Positions 17,844-27,044 of a DNA stretch of 64,000 nucleotides are shown here, piece after piece (position 1 is the first letter of the stretch; each line of letters starts with the position of its first letter). A model generated the notes under the pieces. The model was not told where the DNA came from. It did not search any database and worked only from the letters and a program-made list of their open reading frames with translations. The translations under genes and the position numbers were made by a program. The stretch is from IMG/VR virus record IMGVR_UViG_2883327909_000009, positions 8,628 through 72,627 of that record. The stretch is one strand, 5' to 3'. This DNA comes from a virus.

Positions 17844-17948
17844 GGCTGCGGTGGCTGTGCAACCAAGCACGAGGGACTCACGGGGTCGTGGCGGGATTGC
17901 CGTTCGACTCGGCGATCCGGTCCTGTTGGGATGCCACCGCAGTCACCA
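17844..17948 (+). ncRNA. tRNA-like RNA 2
   Basis: 12-bp terminal stem GGCTGCGGTGGC/GCCACCGCAGTC + A + CCA; T-loop GCCG-TTCGACT-CGGC. Confidence 0.55.
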
Positions 17949-17965
17949 GAGAAACGGATAACGGT

Positions 17966-18139
17966 ATGAGTGAAGACAAAAACATCTGCATCGACTGCAA
18001 AAGAGACTTTCGGGCCACCCGCGACTGGCAACGCTTCTGCACCCCCGTCTGCCGACTCCGCTCCCACCGCCGCAAGCAACGCGAGATCGAAGCCAGTGTC
18101 GTTGAGCAGAACCGTGTTGCGAGCGCGAGCGTGTTGTGA
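17966..18139 (+). CDS. small Cys-rich (zinc-finger) phage protein
   Basis: CxxC...FCTPVCR. Confidence 0.65.
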   Translation: MSEDKNICIDCKRDFRATRDWQRFCTPVCRLRSHRRKQREIEASVVEQNRVASASVL

Positions 18140-18402
18140 GAGAGATCATGGCACGCCGGTGTTCACGTTGTATCGCTCCTCCAGGTTTCGAGCCAACACC
18201 CGAGACCGAGGACATGAAACGCTGGGTTAATGAAGGCCGCCGCACAGCGGATGACGCCGTGTGGTCCTGTTTCTTGACTTGCACCGCAGATGCAATTCGG
18301 AACAGAACGACGAAGGGATGTCACGGGAGCGCAGTCTACTTCGGGGCGATCAAGCCAATAGCCGGAGAGCAGAACCGCGTGGCGAGCGAGAGCGTGTTGT
18401 GA
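18104..18402 (+). repeat. 36-bp direct repeat pair (18104-18139, 18367-18402)
   Basis: 33/36 identical; each copy encodes the last residues and stop of consecutive ORFs. Confidence 0.85.
18136..18402 (+). CDS. hypothetical Cys-rich protein
   Basis: GTGA coupling to neighbours. Confidence 0.5.
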   Translation: MREIMARRCSRCIAPPGFEPTPETEDMKRWVNEGRRTADDAVWSCFLTCTADAIRNRTTKGCHGSAVYFGAIKPIAGEQNRVASESVL

Positions 18403-18800
18403 ACGCGTCGCGAACCCTATATTGCTGCGCCTGTCAGGCCGATGTGGCCGCCCGTCTCACGGACGGTCGTGAAGTATATCCCCACCGGGCCGACTTGGGC
18501 GACTTGCCCTTTTGGAAGTGTGACATCTGTCTCAACTATGTCGGCTGCCACCACAAGACCAAGGACAGGACGCGGCCCCTCGGCAACATTCCTACCAAGG
18601 AGCTGAAGAACGCCCGCCAGCACATCCACCGCATCCTCGACCCCATCTGGAAAGAGGGGAGGATGGCTCGCGGGAAATTGTACGCTCGGATCGCGGCCGA
18701 GCTTGGCGTTGAGGAGTATCACACGGCAGAGATTGCGAGCATCGACGAAGCGAGAAAGGTGGCCGTCCTCGTGAGACGCCTTGCAGTCGACCTGCGGTGA
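18399..18800 (+). CDS. DUF3268-like zinc-finger phage protein
   Basis: 'YCCACQ...EVYPHR..L..LPFWKCDICLNYVGCH'. Confidence 0.75.
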   Translation: MNASRTLYCCACQADVAARLTDGREVYPHRADLGDLPFWKCDICLNYVGCHHKTKDRTRPLGNIPTKELKNARQHIHRILDPIWKEGRMARGKLYARIAAELGVEEYHTAEIASIDEARKVAVLVRRLAVDLR

Positions 18801-18858
18801 CGAGCTTAGCTAAAGTAACGGCAAGTCGGAAAACTTGACTGTCAAGGTCGTCGCCAAA

Positions 18859-18887
18859 TTGACGAACTCTGGGAAGGTTAATAGGAT
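18859..18887 (+). promoter_or_regulatory. sigma70-like promoter of SIR2-kinase gene
   Basis: TTGACG-17bp-TAGGAT. Confidence 0.55.
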
Positions 18888-18963
18888 TGAGCCTAGCAAG
18901 AATAATCAAGCGATCCAGAGATCTTTCGATCTATTCGCATTCTGAATAGATAACTCGGAAACG

Positions 18964-21333
18964 GTGCGCCGAATGTTTGACAAAACCCAGGTGACCTACT
19001 TAGCATTACGTGAGATTGTTAGCGAGAAGACAAGGCCGATCATAGCATGGATTGGAGCAGGAGCAAGCGCACCAGCCGGGTTGCCGTCCTGGAAGCATCT
19101 AAAAGAGCAAATGTGCGAAGCCCTCGACGCCAAAGGCATTGCAAAAATCGGTGAGGACAAAGTACGGAATGATGCCCAAGCAGCACTGGTAAGGACGGAA
19201 AAGGATTATTGGGCCTCGTTTCAGATGCTCAAGGAATTTCTTGGCAAAACAACCTATCGTGAAACTATACGTCATGCATTAAAAAAAGCCGAATCTGCCA
19301 CTATACCAGTAATATACGATTACCTATGGAAGCTTGGCGTTAATGGGATTTTAAATCTTAACATTGACCCTCTTGCCAAGCGAAGTTATAGCTCAGCGCG
19401 CCCCGGGAAGACACTTCATGACTTTGCAGGCAAATATGCCGCAAGCCATATGCATGTATTGCGATCCTCGCATCCATTTATCGCCTATCTCCACGGCCTC
19501 CTTGACGATGAATCAAGTTGGGTCTTCACTGCAAGCGAGCTAAATCAGCTTTTCGCCACGTCAGGCTACAAAGAGCTAATTACCTCGCTAGCATCAACTG
19601 CAACCTTAATATTCATTGGGATTTCGGCCGACGACACAGCCGCTGGCGGCCATTTGACTCGTCTGCGTGATCAGAACATCGATTTTGGCACGCATTTTTG
19701 GATTACTGATAGAAATGATTCCAGCGCCGACAAATGGGCTGAGGAGTCCGGAGTAAGAGTGATACGTTTTGCAAATGCCGACCGCTCGTTTGCAGAACTC
19801 AATCAGTTAATCCGCGACCTCGTCACCCACATCCCCCCGGAGCAAACAGCTGACCCTGTCGCTCCATCCGTACGTTCTACACATGAGCGGCTTGAGCTGC
19901 CACTCCCGGACGAATTAGAAAAAAGACATCCCGAGGAGATTCGTGAATTGTTAAATGACGCCGCGTCCGCAATTCTTGCAAAAACAGACGAAGCGAAATA
20001 CTTAGAATATGAAAAACTGTGCAGCACATATGACAGCTCGGTCTACAAAGCATGGTATATCCGATCGACTCCTCCGGGAAATGTATTCGCTGGATACACG
20101 ATAATTGAAGAAGTTGCGGAGGGCGGTTTCGGGACCGTATACCGTGGTGAGGATATCAACAAGCGTCAAGTTGCAGTCAAGATATTGCATGAAAAGGTCC
20201 GCCGCAAACTCGATATGCTGCAAAGTTTCCGGCGGGGTGTGGCAGCAATGAACATTCTAAGCGGGGCAGAAGTCGCCGGAATAGTCCCATACATCCGAGC
20301 CTCGGAAGTCCCGGCATCAGTTGTAATGGATTTCGTGGAAGGGCCTAGTCTAGCAGAGGCAGTGGAGAAGCGACTCGTAATAGAATGGGCGCAAATCCTG
20401 CGAATCGCAATTGATTTAGCGTATATTCTTAAGACTTCCCATGGACTGCCCCAGCGAGTGCTTCATCGAGATGTTCGACCATCTAATATTATGATTAGAA
20501 ATGGCTATGTCCCAGACCCCTCTGAGTGGGAAGTAGTGGTACTTGATTTCGATCTTTCTTGGCATAAGGACGCCCTTGAACTCTCAGTAGGCCCTGGTAA
20601 ATTTAGCTCTGGCTATCTGTCTCCTGAACAGCTTGTTGGGGACACAAAGACTTCGACGCGAAATGCACTGGTTGACTCTTACGGCCTGGGCATGACGTTG
20701 CTTTTTCTTAGGACGGCAAAGGCTCCAATACCATTCCAACACCGTCACGGCGAATGGAATCATCTTCTTGGCAAGTATGCGAATGAGAGTCCATGTCGGT
20801 CATGGCTATCTCTACCTAACAGATTTTTCCGACTAATTGAGCAGGCGACTCTAGAAACACAATTAAAACGATGGGGAATGACTCAGATCCACGGAGAGCT
20901 CTTAAGCTTACAACAGGCGATTCTCCGTCCTGCCGAACTCCGGTCTGCTGATTTATTAGCTGAAGAAATCGCATATCGATCTTTTGGGCTAGGTTACAAA
21001 TGGGACGTGGACAAATCGGTGGCAATAATGAGCTCCCCCACAGGTCTGACAGCGAGATGTGTGGCTCACGAGAGAGACCGCTCAATCGCCATTGAGGCTT
21101 CTTGGAAGAAAACCGGGAAAGAGCAGCACGCTCGCATTAAGCAATGGATTTTTAATGCAGCGGACAATGCACGTTCACAATTACAAAAATCATCCTGGTC
21201 TAAAGTGACATCTGATCGCAATCAATCAGAAGTCACTGTCCGCGCGATTGTATCCACTGAGACAGCTGCACAGCATATGAACACGATTACCAGTGGCTTT
21301 ATAAAGTGTCTTGATGCTTTAAATCCTGATTAA
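18964..21333 (+). CDS. SIR2-like domain fused to Hanks-type Ser/Thr protein kinase
   Basis: SIR2: IGAGAS, NLNID, YLHG, FIGIS; kinase: EGGFGTVY, VAVK, HRDVRPSN, DFD, SPE. Confidence 0.85.
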   Translation: MRRMFDKTQVTYLALREIVSEKTRPIIAWIGAGASAPAGLPSWKHLKEQMCEALDAKGIAKIGEDKVRNDAQAALVRTEKDYWASFQMLKEFLGKTTYRETIRHALKKAESATIPVIYDYLWKLGVNGILNLNIDPLAKRSYSSARPGKTLHDFAGKYAASHMHVLRSSHPFIAYLHGLLDDESSWVFTASELNQLFATSGYKELITSLASTATLIFIGISADDTAAGGHLTRLRDQNIDFGTHFWITDRNDSSADKWAEESGVRVIRFANADRSFAELNQLIRDLVTHIPPEQTADPVAPSVRSTHERLELPLPDELEKRHPEEIRELLNDAASAILAKTDEAKYLEYEKLCSTYDSSVYKAWYIRSTPPGNVFAGYTIIEEVAEGGFGTVYRGEDINKRQVAVKILHEKVRRKLDMLQSFRRGVAAMNILSGAEVAGIVPYIRASEVPASVVMDFVEGPSLAEAVEKRLVIEWAQILRIAIDLAYILKTSHGLPQRVLHRDVRPSNIMIRNGYVPDPSEWEVVVLDFDLSWHKDALELSVGPGKFSSGYLSPEQLVGDTKTSTRNALVDSYGLGMTLLFLRTAKAPIPFQHRHGEWNHLLGKYANESPCRSWLSLPNRFFRLIEQATLETQLKRWGMTQIHGELLSLQQAILRPAELRSADLLAEEIAYRSFGLGYKWDVDKSVAIMSSPTGLTARCVAHERDRSIAIEASWKKTGKEQHARIKQWIFNAADNARSQLQKSSWSKVTSDRNQSEVTVRAIVSTETAAQHMNTITSGFIKCLDALNPD

Positions 21334-21358
21334 TCAGACGAGATTTGTGTGTAATGTT

Positions 21359-21757
21359 TTAATTTGAGATTACTTCTACACGAAATTTTGTGACAACCGG
21401 CCGTTCGCTCATTCCGGGCGACCGGTTAGTCGTACTAAAATTCCGTTCTTCACCGCCAACGATGGCCTCGACGAACTCCCGTTTGTGCTGATTCAGCATG
21501 TGCATGAGGCAGTCCTTCGATGGAGCAAACAGCCGTCGCCCTTCCAGAATGACCCGGTGGCCGCTGAACTCGACGACCAGGCAGTCCTTGTCCACGAACA
21601 GCCGATAAAGGTGGGAATACTGAAACGAGTACGGCACGCCGTTCTGGTCGATGAACGTCACGCCGAGGCAGGGCTTATGCGTGGTACGGTCTTCCCCACC
21701 CTCGGAGGCCTTCGCCATCTGCCGCAGGTGTGGCGGAATGTCATCGTTCGTATCCAT
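21359..21757 (-). CDS. hypothetical protein coupled to relaxase
   Basis: overlaps relaxase 3' end, same strand. Confidence 0.6.
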   Translation of the reverse strand: MDTNDDIPPHLRQMAKASEGGEDRTTHKPCLGVTFIDQNGVPYSFQYSHLYRLFVDKDCLVVEFSGHRVILEGRRLFAPSKDCLMHMLNQHKREFVEAIVGGEERNFSTTNRSPGMSERPVVTKFRVEVISN

Positions 21758-24404
21758 AGTCGAGTTCCTTTCGGGTGTGAGTTAGCGATCTGACTTGCTG
21801 CTTGATCTTGGTGGCGACTTGCCGGACGCGAGACATGAACGTTGCGCGATCCCTTACGGGATTCACCGGAACGGATGGTGTCACAGTGACCGACTCAGGC
21901 GGGAACAGGTCTTGAGCGTTCGCCTTCACCCTTTCCTTGGCCGCCACCTCGCGGAGGGCCTGCGCGTCGTCGGTGTAGACGTACACCTGGGAACGGCCGC
22001 GCGTGGCCGAAACGTAGAAGCTTTCCATGCTCGCCGCCGCGAAGCTCGACACCGGCATGTCCACCAGGACGCGATCTACGGTTCGGCCCTGCGAAGCATG
22101 CGAGGTAGATGAGTACGCATAAGCGAAATGCCCCACGTCTCTCGCGATCTCCCAGCCGTTACTAAGCTTGATTCGGCCGTCCTTGCCGAACCCGGTGACG
22201 GTGTAGATGGCTCCGTTGGTGAGTTTGTGGTTGCCGCTGGCATCTTTTGCCGACCCAGTGATGCGTATCGAATCACCGGCACCGAGGCGGATTGCCTCTT
22301 CTCGATAGAGACGATGTTTCCCGCTTCGTCCCGCCAGATCAGATAGGTTGGCTCCGTCCACGACAGCGCGCTCACCAGCCTTGTGATGTCCACTAGCTCT
22401 GACAAACTGGGCAACGAGCCCCGGCTCGTACACCTCGGGCTTGCCTTGCTCCGCCTCGGTAAGATTGAGCGGAACCAGCCGTTTAAACTCGTGTTCTTCA
22501 TCCGTGATCGTCCCTTCCTTCTTCAAAGCCTCCCGGATGGCTTGATTCACACTCTGCCCTTCCGCGTGCGTTGGTGCAACCACGACGACGCTCTGCTTGC
22601 TCTTGACCGCCTCGACGTACTCGGCCGCCAGGAGCCGCATGCGTTCCGTGTAATCGGCTTCCGTCACCCACCCCATCTGGTCAAGCAGGTCGATGGCCTG
22701 GCCTGACCGCCCCTCCGAGAGCCGTTCCGACACGGACTTGTAAAGGCCCGATTGGCGCACCACGTCGGTGATCTCGGCAACCGGCAGTGACGCCCACTTC
22801 TGCATCGCCCGGAACGGCGAACCGGCTTCAACCGCGGAATGTTGTCGCGCATCGCCAACGAAGACCCCTCGCGCGCCGATTTTCTTCATGACGCCGAGCA
22901 GCTCCTGCATCTGCCGGTTGCCGACCAGGCTCGCCTCGTCGAGGATCACTACCCCGCCCTGCACCGCCTGCTGCATGCGTTTGTCCACCAGGAACCGGGC
23001 GACCGTGGCGGCGCCGTCATCGACGTCGAGCAGCTGATCCTTCGCCGTGTTCGAGATGGCGACCGCCTGGACGGAAAGCCCAGCCTGGCGGAAGGCATCG
23101 GCAGCGACCTTGAGCGAGGTGCTCTTTCCGGTTCCCGCAGCGCCCCTCACCATCGTGATCCGGTCGCGGGAGCCAAGGACGTGATTTACTGCCGCCCGCT
23201 GGCCGTCATTCAGATGATCCATTGCCACGCTCGGCTCCACCAGGTCGACGACCGCCGCGACCGTGCCCTTGCCGTCGCGGGCGAAGCGGATCATGTTGCG
23301 TTCACGGCCCAGCTCGACCTCGGTCGTGCATTTGTCGCCCTTCACCAGCACCCCTGCCCCGTCCATCGCCTCGCGCACGCCGTCCAGGTCAACGCCTCCG
23401 ACGCCGTAGCGGAGGGCTTCCTCGACCAGCTTGCGTTCGCCGACGACAGCCGACCGCTCGAAGGCGTGGGCAACGGCGTACTGCATGGCCTGGTCGTTGG
23501 TGGGCAGCGGGGTGTTTGGACTTGTGAGTAAGTTGGCTAACTGTTGCCGATCATGTTCATCGAGGCGGCCCTCCCACAGCGATTGCAGCTGCTCGACCGA
23601 GATGTGAGGGGCTTTGCGTTCCCGCGTCTTGCCGCCCAGCTCGGCCTTGAACTGAGCCTTGATCTTGCCCCATGCCTCGGCCACTTCCTCGATCAGCTTT
23701 GTCCGGCGGCTAAACTTGTCCACCAGGTCGTTGCTGACGTGCTCCAACTCCCAGAACCGCCCCTTCCGCCGGATGCCGTAGCCCAGGTCGGTCGCCCCCT
23801 TCGCCAGCCGCGCCATGAACACGGCCTCGTAGTACCACCCCTGGGCTTTGATCTCGCCGACCTCGACCGACCGCCACTTCCCCTCCGCAAACGTGGCGTT
23901 GAGCACCGTGGCGTGGGCGTGGAGCTGGCAATCGGGAACTCCGCCGACAGGACGGGCGGTGCGATGCACGTAGGTCGCGATCAAGGCGTTGCCGGATTTC
24001 TCTGAGACCATCTCGCCGCCCACGCGGTAGCGGGTGATCACATCGGCCTCGACATCCTTCATCGTCTCGGCAACGGCTTGCTGGAATACGCCCATGAGCC
24101 GGTCGTCGTGGCCGAGTTCCATCGCCAGGGTGTAACTTTTTGGCGCGCTCCAGGTAAAGTCGTACAACACACGGCGGTTGTGCTGGTCTTTCGGCGTGAG
24201 CCGCTGGCCGGTGTTCGGGTCGCGGTTTTCGCAGAGGGCGTCCCATTGCTCCTTCGTGACCTCGCCCTTGAGGCCGAGCAGCTCCGCACCCTTTCCGCTC
24301 CACACGCCGGGCAGCTCCTGGCCTTCGAGGTAGTAGTCGTGCTTCTGGGCGTCGAAGTACGCCTTCGCGGCCGAAGCGTTTGATTGGGACGTGATGCGGA
24401 GCAT
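21741..24404 (-). CDS. MobF (TrwC/TraI-type) relaxase-helicase
   Basis: N-terminal catalytic Tyr (AYF..DYY), 'HRTARP...DCQLHAH' 3H motif, helicase GAAGTGKS, DEAS, GDARQH. Confidence 0.95.
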   Translation of the reverse strand: MLRITSQSNASAAKAYFDAQKHDYYLEGQELPGVWSGKGAELLGLKGEVTKEQWDALCENRDPNTGQRLTPKDQHNRRVLYDFTWSAPKSYTLAMELGHDDRLMGVFQQAVAETMKDVEADVITRYRVGGEMVSEKSGNALIATYVHRTARPVGGVPDCQLHAHATVLNATFAEGKWRSVEVGEIKAQGWYYEAVFMARLAKGATDLGYGIRRKGRFWELEHVSNDLVDKFSRRTKLIEEVAEAWGKIKAQFKAELGGKTRERKAPHISVEQLQSLWEGRLDEHDRQQLANLLTSPNTPLPTNDQAMQYAVAHAFERSAVVGERKLVEEALRYGVGGVDLDGVREAMDGAGVLVKGDKCTTEVELGRERNMIRFARDGKGTVAAVVDLVEPSVAMDHLNDGQRAAVNHVLGSRDRITMVRGAAGTGKSTSLKVAADAFRQAGLSVQAVAISNTAKDQLLDVDDGAATVARFLVDKRMQQAVQGGVVILDEASLVGNRQMQELLGVMKKIGARGVFVGDARQHSAVEAGSPFRAMQKWASLPVAEITDVVRQSGLYKSVSERLSEGRSGQAIDLLDQMGWVTEADYTERMRLLAAEYVEAVKSKQSVVVVAPTHAEGQSVNQAIREALKKEGTITDEEHEFKRLVPLNLTEAEQGKPEVYEPGLVAQFVRASGHHKAGERAVVDGANLSDLAGRSGKHRLYREEAIRLGAGDSIRITGSAKDASGNHKLTNGAIYTVTGFGKDGRIKLSNGWEIARDVGHFAYAYSSTSHASQGRTVDRVLVDMPVSSFAAASMESFYVSATRGRSQVYVYTDDAQALREVAAKERVKANAQDLFPPESVTVTPSVPVNPVRDRATFMSRVRQVATKIKQQVRSLTHTRKELDYGYER

Positions 24405-24422
24405 AGTGGCCCCTGACGGAGG

Positions 24423-24785
24423 TTAGATGAGGCCGCCGATACGGTTGCCACTGACCAGCGCGCCATAACCCGCCGATTGATTGGCAAATTGGCGACTGTA
24501 CTCGGCTTGTTTCTGCTGCTCGAGTTCGCGGTATTTTTGCTCCTGACGCAAGCGGAGTTCACCGGCTGTTGTGCCCGCGACGAGGATGCTGACGATCTCT
24601 TTTGGGTTCACCACAACGATGGGGGCGTCGGCAATCGTAATGAGGCCGGAGTGCCCGGCAGACTGGTAGTTGGTGAACAGTTCGAGGATGGGGTCGAGAG
24701 AGTGGTAGCCCCGGACGTAGGTGCCCGTCTTGGTGGTCGTGGTAACGGTGTATGGGGTGTCATTGGATTCGATGTCGTCGGTCAT
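24423..24785 (-). CDS. hypothetical protein
   Basis: AAGGA RBS; upstream of relaxase. Confidence 0.5.
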   Translation of the reverse strand: MTDDIESNDTPYTVTTTTKTGTYVRGYHSLDPILELFTNYQSAGHSGLITIADAPIVVVNPKEIVSILVAGTTAGELRLRQEQKYRELEQQKQAEYSRQFANQSAGYGALVSGNRIGGLI

Positions 24786-24950
24786 GAGGTGTCCTTCCGA
24801 GATGGTTGAGCCGCAGATATGAAGAGATGCGGCAAGCCATCATTCGGGCAGATCGAAGGAGAAGTCAAGCCAAGAGAAGGGAGGAAGAGGCAGAAGAGTA
24901 ATAGTTATAAGTTTCTTTCAGGCGTCTCGCACGCGCTTCACTTTGTGCCT

Positions 24951-24968
24951 GGTTTTCGCGCGAAAACC
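24951..24968. repeat. perfect 18-bp palindrome, candidate oriT element
   Basis: GGTTTTCGCGCGAAAACC in non-coding gap upstream of relaxase operon. Confidence 0.5.
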
Positions 24969-24976
24969 GCCCACCC

Positions 24977-25315
24977 TCAGTCTTCCAGCTTCGGCCAGTG
25001 AAACGGCTTGCCGTCTCGCTGGATGATGCGGCATCGAGCGCTCGGCTTCATGCCTGCGACGTATTCGAGGCCACCTTTGTTGTTCGGCCCGACCACAAAA
25101 TCACCCTCTTGAATATCCAGCAGGTGCAGGCTGTCGGGGTGGATCGAGAACTCATGTACCCCAAGCGCCTCACGAGCCCATTGAACGTCGGATTCATCAA
25201 AGAGGGTTTCTGCCTGTTCGCTTTCCGTTTCGTCGATCAGGAATTTCATCCCAAAATGCTTCACCATCCAAGCCGCCGCCAGCGGATCGTCGTAGTAGTA
25301 CCGTGCTTCTGTCAT
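24977..25315 (-). CDS. phage hypothetical protein
   Basis: 'YYYDDPLAAAWMVKHFG...IIQRDGKPFHWP'. Confidence 0.65.
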   Translation of the reverse strand: MTEARYYYDDPLAAAWMVKHFGMKFLIDETESEQAETLFDESDVQWAREALGVHEFSIHPDSLHLLDIQEGDFVVGPNNKGGLEYVAGMKPSARCRIIQRDGKPFHWPKLED

Positions 25316-25440
25316 AATAATCCATTAGTCATCGTTAAAAGTGCAGAGGTGCATTGCCAGCATCCCCAGGCCGTAAATCGCAGCCAGTAGAAGCCAGAAT
25401 ATCGGGTCGCCCATAATCTTCATGATTCTCAGTAGGTTGA

Positions 25441-25893
25441 TTAAAACGGAATCTCATCCTCGTCCATCGGGCCGCTAGACTGAGCTGAATACGCCCCAGG
25501 CTGAGCAGAACCATACCCCTGCTCACCGCCGTGGACTTCCTTCTTCCCATCGAGCAGCACCAGCGTCCCGTTGAACGCCTGGAGCACGATCTCCGTCGCG
25601 TACTTCTCGACGCCGGCCTGATCTGTCCACTTCCTCGTCTGAAGCGAACCTTCGAGGTAAACCTTCGATCCTTTGCGGAGGTAATCAGCCGCCACCTTGC
25701 CGAGGTGCTCGTTGAAAATGACCGCGCGATGCCACTCAACTTTCTCGCGCCGCTCGCCCGTTTGACGATCCTTCCACGAGTCCGACGTGGCGACGCTGAG
25801 GGTGACGATCTGCTTTCCATCCTGAGTCGTGCGAACGTCGGGGTCTTTGCCGAGGTTTCCAATGATTATTGCTTTGTTTACGCTTCCTGACAT
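25441..25893 (-). CDS. ssb: single-stranded DNA-binding protein
   Basis: MSGSVNKAIIIGNLGKDPDVR...EWHR...DEDEIPF. Confidence 0.97.
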   Translation of the reverse strand: MSGSVNKAIIIGNLGKDPDVRTTQDGKQIVTLSVATSDSWKDRQTGERREKVEWHRAVIFNEHLGKVAADYLRKGSKVYLEGSLQTRKWTDQAGVEKYATEIVLQAFNGTLVLLDGKKEVHGGEQGYGSAQPGAYSAQSSGPMDEDEIPF

Positions 25894-26079
25894 GGCCCTG
25901 CTCCTGCTTGTGTTGCGAGTTGATATGTGCTGGTGGTGCCGAACATGGCGTCCTGGCGTTCGACGATCATCCCTCGTGTTAGGAGGCGATTAACACTATC
26001 CGATGGCACCTGTCCGTGCCCTTCTACGAAATACTCGACAGCCCCTTCTTTAAAGAACCGGTGCAATTCCAGACCTTTA

Positions 26080-26986
26080 AAAGCTGTGACACAACCACCG
26101 CAGTTATAGGGCGTCGTGGATCAAGATGCGGTAGCAGATGACACTGGCAGCCAGGGACGCGAAGGCATCTCGCATGACGCCGAGGCGATCATACCGGACC
26201 CGCATCCGTCGCAGGCCCTTGACCCAACCGATGGTCCGCTCGACGACCCATCGGACCTTGCCCAGCCCGCTCCCATGAGGCGTGTTCCGCCGGCCGATCT
26301 TCGGCTCGATGCCGAGCCACCGCAAGATCCACCGGGTGGCATCGCTGTCGAACCCGCGGTCCGTGTACGCCTCGTCCGGCATCTCCTTCGGCCGGCCCGG
26401 CTTCCCGCCGACGCGGGGGAAGTCGAGGACCAGGGGGATGATTTGGGTGTGGTCGCTCTCATTCGCTCCGGCCGTGCGAATGGACAATGGCACACCCGAC
26501 CGGTCGACCATCAACGTGTGCTTCGTGCCCGGTTTCCCGCGGTCGACGGGGCTCGGGCCGGTCGCCTCGCCGCCCCCGAACGCCCGCACGTAAACGGAGT
26601 CGATGACGACCAGGTCGGTGTCGAGCTTGCCCGCCTGGCGGAGCAGCCGGAGCAGGTCGACGTGCAACCGGTCCCAGATGCCGGCCTCCTCCCACGCCCG
26701 CAGTCGGCGGTGGGCCGTCCGGCCCGAGCACCCGAGTTCGGGCGGCACGTCGGCCCACCGGACGCCGCTCGCCAGGACGTACCAGATGACCCGGAGGACG
26801 GCCCGGTGGCCGACCCACGGCCGCCCGCCGCGTGATCCGACGGGCCGCTCGGGCGGCAGGTGGTGGGCGACGACCTCGTAGAACTCATCCGGCATTCGTG
26901 CACTCGCCATGGCAGGAACCTCCACGATGGGAACAGTTCCACCGCCGTGGCGCAAAGGCCGTGCCGAAAGGTTGTGTCACAGCTTT
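26080..26986 (-). mobile_element. IS5-family insertion sequence
   Basis: 17-bp TIR AAAGCTGTGACACAACC, TTA target duplication (26077-79, 26987-89). Confidence 0.9.
26104..26955 (-). CDS. IS5-family transposase
   Basis: 'HRAVLRVIWYVLASGVRW', 'VVIDS', 'YTDRGFD', 'RWVVERTIGW'. Confidence 0.93.
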   Translation of the reverse strand: MRHGGGTVPIVEVPAMASARMPDEFYEVVAHHLPPERPVGSRGGRPWVGHRAVLRVIWYVLASGVRWADVPPELGCSGRTAHRRLRAWEEAGIWDRLHVDLLRLLRQAGKLDTDLVVIDSVYVRAFGGGEATGPSPVDRGKPGTKHTLMVDRSGVPLSIRTAGANESDHTQIIPLVLDFPRVGGKPGRPKEMPDEAYTDRGFDSDATRWILRWLGIEPKIGRRNTPHGSGLGKVRWVVERTIGWVKGLRRMRVRYDRLGVMRDAFASLAASVICYRILIHDAL

Positions 26987-27044
26987 TTACCGAGCAGGTT
27001 GACGATGGCTTCCCGGTTTCTCCCAAGTCGTTTGATACTCGCCG

